Shown here in pieces: positions 29,620-39,235 of a stretch of DNA of 64,000 nucleotides. The notes beneath the pieces are model-generated. The model saw only the letters and a program-made list of their open reading frames with translations. It was not told the DNA's origin and did not search any database. Position 1 is the first letter of the stretch; each line of letters opens with the position of its first letter. The stretch comes from an uncultured Gemmatimonadales bacterium (GTDB lineage: Bacteria; Gemmatimonadota; Gemmatimonadetes; Gemmatimonadales; Gemmatimonadaceae), in contig CAWKMU010000003.1 of the NCBI GenBank assembly GCA_963850905.1, positions 3,104,001-3,168,000 of the forward strand. Direction: 5' to 3'. The position numbers and the translations under genes are program-made.

Positions 29620-30597
29620 TCAATGGCCCAACGGCTGGATCCCCGCCGGCGCACCGGATCCGACGGCAAACGCCGTATCCAACGCGTCGAAGTGCTTCGC
29701 CTGGAGAATGCGACGGCCATCGGCCGAGAGCAGAAACGCCACGAATTGGTCGCCAAGTGCTTTGTGTGGCGCAGCCGGCGAGACCGAGAGGGCAAACAGG
29801 ATAGGTGCTCCCCGGACGGTGACCGTATCGCCCGGATGCTTCCCCAGGACCCGCGCCGACGCCGTGGCATAGATCGCCGAATCGGCAGATGTGCCCAGAT
29901 CCACCTGGGGCGGCAGGCGCACGGTCTTGAGCCCCGCGTTGTCCGCCAGGTTCTGGTAGCTCCAGATGTAGTCCAGCTCTCCCGCCTGGAGCAGTCCAAC
30001 CTGGTCGGCTTCTCGTGGCCGCACGTTGCGTTGCGGCGCGGCGCGCAGCAGTCGCGCCGCCAGGCCCGGCTCCCGATAGTAGCGCTCAGCGAGTTGGAAG
30101 ACAAACAGCGTGCGGTAGCCCGAGGGATCGTCATTCGGGTCCGAGCGTCCGACCTGGACATCGGGCCGCTGGATGATGTGGCGCCAGTTGTCGGTCGTGA
30201 TCTCGCTCGCATGCTTCGACCGGTCGGTATAGGCGAGGACCATGCGGTTGCGGCCGAACACGGCGTACCACGTCGTCCACTGCGGCATAAGCAGCTTTGG
30301 AAACACCTCGGGATCGGCCAGCGCCAGCACGTCGGGGCGGCGTCCGAGCTCGGTGATCCGGCGCGCGACCTCCAGGCTCGAACCGGGCTCGAGATAGTAG
30401 CGCGAGCCTGTGCGGGCGGCGAAGCTGTCGAGCGCCGCGGTCATCGGTTGGGTAAGCGACGCCGCGTTCATGACCAGGAGCGTCGAGTCGCCGCCCTCCG
30501 ATGTGGAAGCCGATGACGGGTTGTTTCCCTTGTCGCGGGACCCGCCGCAGGCAGCCACTGCGAGCACGATCAAGAGGGTGGCGGCTCGAGATGTCAC
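29620..30597 (-). CDS. WtpA-like tungstate/molybdate ABC substrate-binding lipoprotein
   Basis: Lipobox VAAC; NAASL, GSSLEVARRITELG, DVLALAD, NRMVLAYT, GRSDPNDDPSGYRT, ELDYIWSY resemble the WtpA/ModA class. Confidence 0.75.
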   Translation of the reverse strand: MTSRAATLLIVLAVAACGGSRDKGNNPSSASTSEGGDSTLLVMNAASLTQPMTAALDSFAARTGSRYYLEPGSSLEVARRITELGRRPDVLALADPEVFPKLLMPQWTTWYAVFGRNRMVLAYTDRSKHASEITTDNWRHIIQRPDVQVGRSDPNDDPSGYRTLFVFQLAERYYREPGLAARLLRAAPQRNVRPREADQVGLLQAGELDYIWSYQNLADNAGLKTVRLPPQVDLGTSADSAIYATASARVLGKHPGDTVTVRGAPILFALSVSPAAPHKALGDQFVAFLLSADGRRILQAKHFDALDTAFAVGSGAPAGIQPLGH

Positions 30598-30650
30598 GGG
30601 AGCTAGCTCCTGAGTGAGTTGGACTGAAGCGACGACAGCCCCAAGCGTCA

Positions 30651-30682
30651 GGGAATGTAAGGTAACGTTGCCTCACATTCCC
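30651..30682. promoter_or_regulatory. 32-bp imperfect palindrome upstream of the wtpA-like gene
   Basis: GGGAATGT-A-AGGTAAC/GTTGCCT-C-ACATTCCC. Confidence 0.45.
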
Positions 30683-30849
30683 CACAGCCCGCCCCGGTGC
30701 CGACAATGGCTGCCGGGCCCCAGCCGAGCGCGATGTCGTTGATTCACTTCCACCCACCCGATAGCTTGAGCGCGGCCATCGCGGCTGGCGCCGCGATAGA
30801 GAGGAGCGGCACAGTAAGGAGAAAGGAGAAAGGAGATAACGCAACTACA

Positions 30850-30923
30850 CGGGGCGTAGCGTAGCCTGGTATCGCGCCTGCTTTGGGAGCAGGAGGTCAC
30901 CGGTTCAAATCCGGTCGCCCCGA
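30850..30923 (+). tRNA. tRNA-Pro (anticodon UGG), CCA not encoded
   Basis: CGGGGCG acceptor, CCTGC-TT-TGG-GA-GCAGG, ACCGG-TTCAAAT-CCGGT, CGCCCCGA. Confidence 0.95.
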
Positions 30924-31059
30924 TTGCGGCTTTCGCCGCAATAGAGAGTAGCGGAGCAGAAAGTAGAGAGTAGACCACGACGGACCGTGTTGCGCGGTTG
31001 TTGTTGTCTACTTTCTACTTTCTGTGGGTCTACTTTCTCGGGCCCGTCAGGGCCCGCGT
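30919..31059 (+). repeat. About 140-bp direct repeat, copy 1 (hairpin plus AGTAGA heptamer inverted repeat)
   Basis: 30919..30981 is identical to 32769..32831; right arms are near-identical. Confidence 0.85.
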
Positions 31060-31085
31060 CACCGGTTCAAATCCGGTCGCCCCGA
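31058..31085 (+). repeat. Duplicated 3' end of tRNA-Pro (att-like)
   Basis: GTCACCGGTTCAAATCCGGTCGCCCCGA is identical to 30896..30923. Confidence 0.9.
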
Positions 31086-31086
31086 C

Positions 31087-31200
31087 TGGCCGCTTCGCGG
31101 CGGCGTAGAAAGGAGTAAGGTGAAAGGAGAAAGGAGAGGAACCACTGCGGCAATTGATGCCGTGGCAGTTCGTCTCCTTTCTCCTTTCTGCTCCTCGCTC
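31087..31200. repeat. Hairpin plus GGAGAAA heptamer inverted-repeat element
   Basis: gccgc-ttc-gcggc, GTAGAAAGGAG...GGAGAAAGGAG, spacer, CTCCTTTCTCCTTTC. Confidence 0.7.
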
Positions 31201-31474
31201 ATCACTGCGAGGAGCGCACTCTCGCACGCCACGGGCCGCACGCGCCGGAATAGTCGCGTCGTCGAGTGACAACTCTATCGCCCAATCGGAAATGCGCACG
31301 AGCGCGCTGATGAGATTGGATAGCGCTCCTGGATTGATCAGGCTCGTGTGATCTGCGCGAATCTTTTGACGCGTCAGGCGCACGGCGATTGCGCATGACG
31401 CTGCAAGGGCCAGCTTGACCACGCGCGTGGCTCTCTCGCAACGCGTGCAAGCTCAACCTTGCCAAGAGGTCCCG

Positions 31475-32758
31475 ATGAGAACGGTCTCCACGCATCAGGT
31501 CGTCGCTTGTTGGTCGACGAGAACGCGTTGCGAACGACGGCGTACACATCTCTCGCTCGACCATCGGCGCGAAGGCGCTCGCGCGCGTGCGCTCAGACCC
31601 CACGCGGCGCTACTGCTAACGGCAATCGCGATCGGGGCTTGTTCAACCGCTCCGTCGGCGACGGCGCCCAACAGCGCCACCTCGCCCGTTTCACTCAACG
31701 TCGTCGGTGGCGGCTCGCAGCGCGCGCCAGTCAATACGACGTTGCCGCAGGCGATTCGCGTGCAGGTGCTCGACAACAGCGGGCACCCGGTGCCCAACTT
31801 CCTGCTCAACTTCGTGGTTACCTCTGGTGGCGGCCATGTCTTCGGCGGCGTGGAGGAGACCAATAGCTCGGGTTACGCCGACGAACAGTGGACGCTCGGG
31901 CCTCGGCTCGGTCCACAGACGCTCGAAGCCCGCCAGGTGAATTCCTGGACCGGCGTAGCGGCGAGCTACGGGAAATTCACGGCCACCGGCACGCCACCGA
32001 ACGACGTGCTCGTGGTGACGACTAGTGGACCAACCGGGCTGGCGGTGATGAACGCCGACGGATCAGGCGTAAGGCCGGTCAACACTGGCGGGCTCGTGGC
32101 GCTTCATCCGCAACTCTCGCCTGACCATACGCACATTCTCTTCGACAACCCCCGCGGCGCCTTCGAGGTCAATGTGAATGGGTCGGGACTCACGTCGGTG
32201 CCCACGAACATCCCGAGCCCCCAGCACTCCCATCCAATGTGGAGCCCCAATGGTGTGGACTTCCTGGTCGCTTACCTGAACGGGGACTTAACCGCCGTCA
32301 TTGCGACGAACGGACCGCTGCCCTTCACAAGTTTCTGTGCTGGGGCCCAGTGGTCCTACTCAGCGGACGGCACGAAACTCGTGTACACCTTCGTGGGGTC
32401 ACCGTCGTGCGCGAATCCGGCTCCGTTAGGGGTCTTCGTGCGCGACCTCGATGACACCGTGATAACGCCGTCGGGAACGCCAAGACAGCAGGCAATTTAC
32501 GGGACGGAGATCTTGGTAGGCGGAAGCGACCCGTTGTGGTCGCCCGATGGTCAGCATATCGCCGTGACGTACAATGGCCACACGGCGGTGATGGATCCTG
32601 ATGGCAACAACGTCAAGATCATCCTCAACAAGAGTTATGGCCGCGTGAGCTGGTCGCCCGACAGTCAGCTGTGGGCGGTCGACAGCGGCTACGTGAACAC
32701 CGACGGAACGAATTACGTCGCGGTCAACGGCTGTCCCTGCACGTTTGCTTGGCGCTAA
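31475..32758 (+). CDS. Lipoprotein with Ig-like domain and TolB/PD40-type beta-propeller
   Basis: IAIGAC lipobox; Big-1-like VQVLDNSGHPVP...WTLG; repeated WSPDG and MNADGS motifs. Confidence 0.7.
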   Translation: MRTVSTHQVVACWSTRTRCERRRTHLSLDHRREGARARALRPHAALLLTAIAIGACSTAPSATAPNSATSPVSLNVVGGGSQRAPVNTTLPQAIRVQVLDNSGHPVPNFLLNFVVTSGGGHVFGGVEETNSSGYADEQWTLGPRLGPQTLEARQVNSWTGVAASYGKFTATGTPPNDVLVVTTSGPTGLAVMNADGSGVRPVNTGGLVALHPQLSPDHTHILFDNPRGAFEVNVNGSGLTSVPTNIPSPQHSHPMWSPNGVDFLVAYLNGDLTAVIATNGPLPFTSFCAGAQWSYSADGTKLVYTFVGSPSCANPAPLGVFVRDLDDTVITPSGTPRQQAIYGTEILVGGSDPLWSPDGQHIAVTYNGHTAVMDPDGNNVKIILNKSYGRVSWSPDSQLWAVDSGYVNTDGTNYVAVNGCPCTFAWR

Positions 32759-32768
32759 ACTCCAGGCG

Positions 32769-32910
32769 CCCGATTGCGGCTTTCGCCGCAATAGAGAGTA
32801 GCGGAGCAGAAAGTAGAGAGTAGACCACGACAGGTCGCGTAGAGCGGTAGGTGTTGCCTACTTTCTACTTTCTCGTAGGTCTACTTTCTCGGACCCGTCA
32901 GGGCCCGCGT
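32769..32910 (+). repeat. About 140-bp direct repeat, copy 2
   Basis: Matches 30919..31059. Confidence 0.85.
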
Positions 32911-33330
32911 GATGGTGAGACCGCGGGTCCCCAGGACGGCCACGTTGTGCCAGTCGACTCCGGGGTGAGGCACCTGCATTGCGAAGTCGAGCCACGCGAT
33001 GGCGCGACGCAGGGTAAAAGCCGCCTCCACGACCGCCGTCGTCACGACACTCGTGTGCCCTCACCAGCGGCTAGCGCCTGCTGAAGGGCAGCAATGGCCT
33101 CGGTGGTCGCTCCGTGATTGGTGGCGAGCCGGGACATGACAAGGGCCGTGTCGCCGCGCGTCCTTGGGCACCGGTTCGGCGAAGACCGTTACCGTGAAAT
33201 GTGATGCTCTTGGATAACGGTTGACACCTGTTCGTATCTCCGTTGAGCGGCGCGCCGATCGCGAGGGGTGCCTGGGCGTTGTTTTCCTATCGGATGTTCC
33301 GAGGCAAGGTGACGTAGGGCAACATCTCGG

Positions 33331-34444
33331 TCACGACGCGAACGGAAAGATACGCTTCCAGTCGTTTTTCATACTGATGACGGTCCAGCCCTTCGCTTTG
33401 GCCTCGTCGTAGAGCGCCTGGCTAAAAGTGCCCACCTGGGTGTTCGGCAGTCCCTGCGCTGGCCCGTACGCATACTCGCGCTGCGCGTCGTCGTGGAGCA
33501 CCAGCATCGCGAGCCGCGCGCCTGTGCCCGCGCTCGAGAACTCCAACATCTGCTGATCATCTGCAGAGGAGTTGCCGAACGCGGCGTATGGGCGGCGACC
33601 GTACATCAACCAGAAGTTCTCGATCTTGCCGGCCCCCAAGTTGTTGAGCAACAGCTTGGGCTGTCGGGTCAGGATGGGCTGCTTCTCGCTGTCGTAGCCG
33701 TACTCGAATGGCTGCTCTGTGCCATTCACCTGCTCCGGAGGGGATGCCATACACGCTCTCCGCGTACTCCCGTACGAAGCTGCCGGTGCCGCCGGTCGCG
33801 ATGAACGTCCTGTAGCCGTTCGCGCGCATGTGGCGCAGGACCTCCAGCATCGGCTGGTACACCAGGTCGGTGTAGGGACGGTTCCACCGGGGATGCTTGG
33901 CTGTTCCGAGCCACTTCGTCACATCGTCCCTGAACGCTTCCACGGTCATCCCGCTCATCGTTGCAATCACAATCTCGAACATGTCCTTCACCGAAAGCTT
34001 CGCAATCGCGTCGCGATTGCCGGACAAAACGGTCGCGAACGGTTCCTTCGTCTTCAGCTCAGGTTTTTCTTTGACGAGGGGACCAACACGAGCGAGGCAG
34101 TAAACGACCTGCGTGTACACGGGATGCTCGACCCAGAGCGTGCCGTCCTGGTCGAACTCGGCAAGCCGGTCAACGAGTGGCACGAAGTGGGGGCTGGCTT
34201 TGTCGGTCGTCTTCTTCACGAAGTCGAGAACGGCCTCTTTGGCGGGTCCGTCGTTCCAGGAGGACAGCGGGTCTCCGGCGGCCGGGGCAGTTTGTGTGGC
34301 GGTGCGCGTTTGAACGTCGCCTCCTGCCGATGCGGTTGTCTTCGTCTGTGGACCACACCCAAGCAATGAACCGAGCCAAGTGCTGCCGAACGCGCTCGCC
34401 AACGCCGCGTTCGCTGACTGCAGGAACATCTGCCGCCGATTCAT
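33331..34444 (-). CDS. Tat-exported HAD-family hydrolase / acid phosphatase (frameshift near 33740)
   Basis: MNRRQMFL Tat motif; FDQDGTLWVEHP; ATGG; AFGNS..D; HDDAQREYAYG; SMKNDW. Confidence 0.8.
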
Positions 34445-34515
34445 ACGTCCTCCCGCTGCTGCGCGCGCATCCTGTGTGTTAATCGCGGAAGTCTTAAGTA
34501 ACGCGTCGCCACCAT

Positions 34516-34551
34516 AACAATTGGACATTGGTCAACAATTGGACATTGGTC
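34516..34551 (+). repeat. Perfect 18-bp tandem duplication
   Basis: AACAATTGGACATTGGTC twice. Confidence 0.85.
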
Positions 34552-34943
34552 GTCGATCCAGGTGCCGACTAAACCCCGCGCGCCATTCCCTACCTGACCA
34601 AGGTCGCCTAGTGGGGAGTACCCCGCCCGTCTACGCTGCTAACGATGATGCAGAAGGTGGGCGCGTATCGCGCACGCTCGGTCGGCCGCGCCCGCCTCGC
34701 GAGAAGATGGGGTGAGTGCCACAAACATTTCGATTGGTCACGGTGTTCGCTCCTTGATGGCTCGGCCTCGCTGCTCTAGGGTCGGGCCTTTTTCATCGCT
34801 ACGGCGCTCGCCACTCAGATGAATCTTCTCTCAAAGTGACGGTAGGAGGTGATCCACTCGTGACGCACTACTGATGATGAGTAACAAGGACTCCCGATCG
34901 GATTGAGACGTGGACCCAGGCATTCGCTGAGAAGGAGACAATA

Positions 34944-36572
34944 ATGGCTACAAAACAACCCAACATCCTGTTCATCATGGCCGATGACATCGGCTGGATG
35001 CAGCCGGGCATCTATCACCGGGGGTTGATGGTCGGAGAAACGCCGAACATCGACCGCATTGGGAACGAAGGCGCAATCTTCATGGATTATCTCGGGATGC
35101 AGAGCTGCACGTCCGGACGATGTGCCTTCATCACCGGGATGTTGCCGCTGCGTACCGGGATGATTCCCCCGCAACTCCCGGGAAGTCCATCGTGGCTGCG
35201 AAAGGGCACCCCGCACCTGGCAAGGTTCCTGCGCGATCTGGGCTATAGCACGGGCCAGTTTGGCAAGAATCACCTCGGCGACCACGCCGAGTCTCTACCC
35301 ACGGCGCATGGGTTCGAGGAGTTCTGGGGGTACCTGTACCACCTCGACGCGATGCAGCAGGTGAGCTTCCCCGACATCAACAGCAGTGAGACGGTGCAAG
35401 GCATCGCGCCGGTCTGCAGGAACACGCCGCTCCCCGGCATCGCCGAAGATCCCAACGCGGTAGACCCCGCAACCACAACCTGCCTGACGCCTCCGCGTCC
35501 GGTCCTCTGGTGTCACTCCTCGGACGGCACGCAGAAGAACCAAACGTGCAAGGACGAGGGTCCGATTTCGCTGGAGCGGTCGAAAACGATTGACGAGGAG
35601 ATTTCCGCCAAGGTCATCGACTTCCTTGATCGCAATGACCCGAAGAAGACCAACAAGCCCTTCTTCGTCTGGTATAACCCGGCGCGCATGCACATCACCA
35701 CCATGCTGCCTGACAAGTACATGGACATGGTGGGTACGAAGGGCGGCAAGGACTGGGGCGTCAACGAAGCCGGCATGAAGCAACTGGACGACAACATCGG
35801 ATATGTGCTCCAGAAGCTCGAGGCCATGGGTCAACTGGATAACACCATTGTCGTCTTCACCACGGATAACGGCGCCGAGGCGATCAGTTACCCGGATGGT
35901 GGCGTCACGCCCTTCAAGGGTCAGAAGGGTGAATCATGGGAAGGGGGCTACCGCTGTCCGATGGTCGTCCGCTGGCCGGGTCATATCAAGCCGGGCACGA
36001 TCAAGGACCAGATGTTCGCGGCGCTCGACTGGTTGCCGACGCTGGTAGACATCGCCGGCGGACCCAAGGGCGATGATCTGAAGAAGCAGATCGAGGCCGG
36101 GAAGTATCCCGGCATCGTCAAGACCACGCTCGACGGTTTCAACCAGCGCGCCTATCTCGAAGGCACCTCGAAGAAGTCTGCGCGTGAGACCTTCTTCTAC
36201 TTCTCGGGTGCGACGCCGTCCGCGGTGCGGTACCACAACTGGAAGATGTACTACACCATGTCAGCACCTGGGGCGACTGGCTGGATCATGCCACTCGTTC
36301 CGTTCCACATGACCCTCGTCCAGAACATCAAGCGCGATCCCTTCGAGCAGGCGGTCGGGGAGGATGAAAAGACCGTCAACGGCATTGGAGGCGCGCTTGC
36401 GGGCCCGGTGGGCGCCTATTTCTACGACTGGAACATCCTGCCGATCGGCCAGCAGCTCTGGTACAAGGAGCTCATGTCCTTCAAGGAGTTTCCTCCGATG
36501 CAGGCGCCGGAAACCTGGAACCTGGATGGCATCCTGAAACAAGTGGCAGCGGCTGGCCACCCGAGCGACTAG
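34944..36572 (+). CDS. Arylsulfatase (Cys-type, FGly-dependent)
   Basis: PNILFIMADDIG, SCTSGR, GKNHLGD, TTDNG, KGESWEGG. Confidence 0.92.
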   Translation: MATKQPNILFIMADDIGWMQPGIYHRGLMVGETPNIDRIGNEGAIFMDYLGMQSCTSGRCAFITGMLPLRTGMIPPQLPGSPSWLRKGTPHLARFLRDLGYSTGQFGKNHLGDHAESLPTAHGFEEFWGYLYHLDAMQQVSFPDINSSETVQGIAPVCRNTPLPGIAEDPNAVDPATTTCLTPPRPVLWCHSSDGTQKNQTCKDEGPISLERSKTIDEEISAKVIDFLDRNDPKKTNKPFFVWYNPARMHITTMLPDKYMDMVGTKGGKDWGVNEAGMKQLDDNIGYVLQKLEAMGQLDNTIVVFTTDNGAEAISYPDGGVTPFKGQKGESWEGGYRCPMVVRWPGHIKPGTIKDQMFAALDWLPTLVDIAGGPKGDDLKKQIEAGKYPGIVKTTLDGFNQRAYLEGTSKKSARETFFYFSGATPSAVRYHNWKMYYTMSAPGATGWIMPLVPFHMTLVQNIKRDPFEQAVGEDEKTVNGIGGALAGPVGAYFYDWNILPIGQQLWYKELMSFKEFPPMQAPETWNLDGILKQVAAAGHPSD

Positions 36573-36636
36573 GCGAAGAGCGTCAACTCGTAGGGAGCAA
36601 AGTCGAGACTCGAGAGAGTCCGTTCCAACGGACGGC

Positions 36637-36671
36637 GGAAGCGAGGAAGGGGAGTGCCCTTCCTCGCTTCC
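36637..36671. terminator. 15-bp perfect stem-loop between the sulfatase and FGE genes
   Basis: GGAAGCGAGGAAGGG-GAGTG-CCCTTCCTCGCTTCC. Confidence 0.55.
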
Positions 36672-36707
36672 TGTCGGGATGCGCCGATTCTCAGAGGCAG
36701 AGGCAAA

Positions 36708-37686
36708 ATGAAATCCCAAATGGCAGAGGGACGTGTCCAACCAACCGATTCGCCGCGCCATCATGATATGACGTGGATACCCGGGGGAACATTCCACATG
36801 GGGTCCGAAGATTTCTATCCCGAAGAGCGGCCAGTGCATGAGGTGAGCGTAGATGGCTTCTGGATGGATTGCCACGAAGTCACCAATGAACAGTTCGCGC
36901 GCTTCGTAGAGGCGACCCGCTATAAGACGCTAGCCGAGCGCCCGCTCAATCCTGCGGACTTCCCTGGCGCCCCTCGCGAGAATCTTGTTCCCGGTTCCAT
37001 GCTCTTTCACAAGACCGACGGGCCGGTCGACACGCGCAACTACGCCAACTGGTGGGCCTGGGTACCGGGAACGAGTTGGCGCCATCCGCTAGGTCCTGCA
37101 TCGTCGCTCGAAACCTTCGCCCAACACCCCGTCGTGCACGTTGCCTATGAAGACGCCGAGGCGTATGCAAACTGGGCCGGCAAAGAATTGCCGACCGAAG
37201 CGGAGTGGGAATTTGCCGCGCGCGGTGGACTTGACGGCAAGACATTCACCTGGGGCGATGAGCCTCTTCGCGATGGCCAGGTGATGGCGAACACTTGGCA
37301 GGGAGAGTTTCCCTGGCAGAACTTCCTCGACGACGGCTATGAAGGGACGTCCCCGGTCGGATCGTTCCCGCCGAACGGATACGGCTTGTACGACATGGCG
37401 GGTAACGTATGGGAATGGACGTGTGATTGGTTCGTGCGGCGCCACGCCGATGAAGTCGGCACGGCGTGCTGTGGCCCTGCAGTCAATCCTCGCATTGTTT
37501 CGCCCGCCAAGAGTTACGATCTCGCGCAGCCCGCAGTTCCGGATTCCGCGCAAAGTCGTCAAAGGCGGCTCGCACTTGTGCGCGCCCAACTACTGCCTCC
37601 GCTATCGTCCCGCGGCTCGGCAGCCACAGATGATCGACTCTGGTATGAGCCACATCGGATTTCGCTGCATTACACGCAAGCGTTGA
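36708..37686 (+). CDS. Formylglycine-generating enzyme (frameshift near 37530)
   Basis: [37 protein letters not shown]; then [20 protein letters not shown]...HIGFRC in the shifted frame. Confidence 0.9.
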
Positions 37687-37851
37687 TACGTTGAGACGTG
37701 AAGCCGTCCCATTGGCACACAGCTGGATCAGCCGTCGCGATCACGACCTCGAGCTCGGCACGCCGCAGGCTCGTGTTGACCTTCATCCACGTGGCGCCCC
37801 TCACGAAATGCCCCCCAATCCTCCTGCGAACGCTGTCGACGAGCGTCGTCG

Positions 37852-38928
37852 TCAACGCTCGCGATATTCCTTCCACTCCTTCTCCACGACCTTGGCCATC
37901 GCTTTCGCTGCACCCCGCAACCAGCCGGCGCGCCGCCGACGGACGTCGTCCAGCACACGTTGCCGTTGCCGCGGCGTCCCGAGGTGCACGTTGGCGACAT
38001 CGCTCGCCATGGCACTCAAGAGCACGGTCTCGTCCCGCCGCTTCGGGAGCGACGCGATCTCGATGGGGTTCGCATCGGGTGAGAGGCGGCGAATGAGCCA
38101 CGACCCGATCACACGCTGCACGGGATCCCGTGCGCGCACGGCTGATTGCAACGCCCGGTCGTAGTAGCGCTGGCCATGACGCCGCTCGCCTGCCGCCCAG
38201 GCGCATGCGGACGGCACCACTTCCTTCGCCTCCCGTGCCACACACCCGCCGTCCCACTCAGCGACGGCGACGTACCGCGGCTGACCGAGGCTTCCAGTTC
38301 CAGCCTCTCGCCGGACCACCTTGAACGGCAGGCCGCGAACGGGTAGCGTCGCCGCGAGCGCGCGTCTCGCATCTGCGGGAACGCCATGTCGGGCGCTCGG
38401 CCATCGGTTCACGGTGCTCCAGAAATGGGTCGGCGGCTTGACTACGTCGATACCGAGCTTTTCCAGGTGCTGATGCTCCTCCGCGAGGACGATCGGTCGG
38501 CCGTGCGCACGGAGGGTCGCGGCGTATGCTTCCACGATCGCATCGCACGCGTCGCGCAGCGACAGTCTCAGGTAACCCGCGTCGATGACGATCTTGACGC
38601 TCGTCGCCAACCGCACAAGGTCGTTGGTGTACGGCAACGGATACGCGTCGTCGAAATCGTCCACGCCAAAGCTCAAGCGACCCTCCGCGTCGCGCCACGT
38701 GCCGAAGCTGTCGACATGCAGATCGCCAACGGCAATGACGGTCGGCGCATGACGCAGATCCGCACACTCGGCCGGCCACACCTGCGCCCAGCGATAGAAC
38801 GTGCCCCGCAAAAATACGAAGGTATCATCGCGCATCCGTTCGTGCTTGTCGCGCAGCTGCGACTCCACGACCGGGATTTGCCCGCGCAGCCACGCTTCAT
38901 ACTGCGTGGTCGACTCGCCAATGGTCAT
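37852..38928 (-). CDS. DUF2252 family protein (kinase-like fold)
   Basis: FVFLRGTF, GDLHVDSFG, DDFDDA, GTGSLGQPRY, EAKE. Confidence 0.75.
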   Translation of the reverse strand: MTIGESTTQYEAWLRGQIPVVESQLRDKHERMRDDTFVFLRGTFYRWAQVWPAECADLRHAPTVIAVGDLHVDSFGTWRDAEGRLSFGVDDFDDAYPLPYTNDLVRLATSVKIVIDAGYLRLSLRDACDAIVEAYAATLRAHGRPIVLAEEHQHLEKLGIDVVKPPTHFWSTVNRWPSARHGVPADARRALAATLPVRGLPFKVVRREAGTGSLGQPRYVAVAEWDGGCVAREAKEVVPSACAWAAGERRHGQRYYDRALQSAVRARDPVQRVIGSWLIRRLSPDANPIEIASLPKRRDETVLLSAMASDVANVHLGTPRQRQRVLDDVRRRRAGWLRGAAKAMAKVVEKEWKEYRER

Positions 38929-39235
38929 GATGCCATGCCGGTGAACCGGCGGAAGTCAGGTAGGATTTCTTTCCTGTCCCTGTCGTGCTGCCATACACGC
39001 TCGCTCTGAGACCACACACCTGCGTAGCGCGAATTCCAGGCCATCGGGGAAAGTGTGCGCACTGGCCATCGGCCCACGTCGTCCGATTGCCATCGTTTGC
39101 TCCCTGACCCCTGACCCCTGACCCCGCCGTTCGCGTTGCTGTGCACCTAAGCCCACTAGTGGCCTGGTTCGCGCCATCCTAGTTCTGCAGTTTGACCTAC
39201 AAGGGCGCGGGGCCCCGGACGCGGGATCGGCGATC

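Noticed and set aside
31058..31085. Second tRNA-Pro gene
   Set aside because: Only the T-arm and 3' acceptor strand are present.
30778..31200. CRISPR array or integron attC array near tRNA-Pro
   Set aside because: Repeats are long, irregular and few; there are no constant-length spacers and no cas or intI genes.
32911..33330. Small ORFs or ncRNA after the second direct repeat
   Set aside because: No recognisable protein motif or RNA family; may be degraded sequence.
34605..34800. yybP-ykoY (GGGGAGTA) or fluoride riboswitch upstream of the sulfatase
   Set aside because: Only short partial matches; the remaining conserved elements and the expected gene context are absent.
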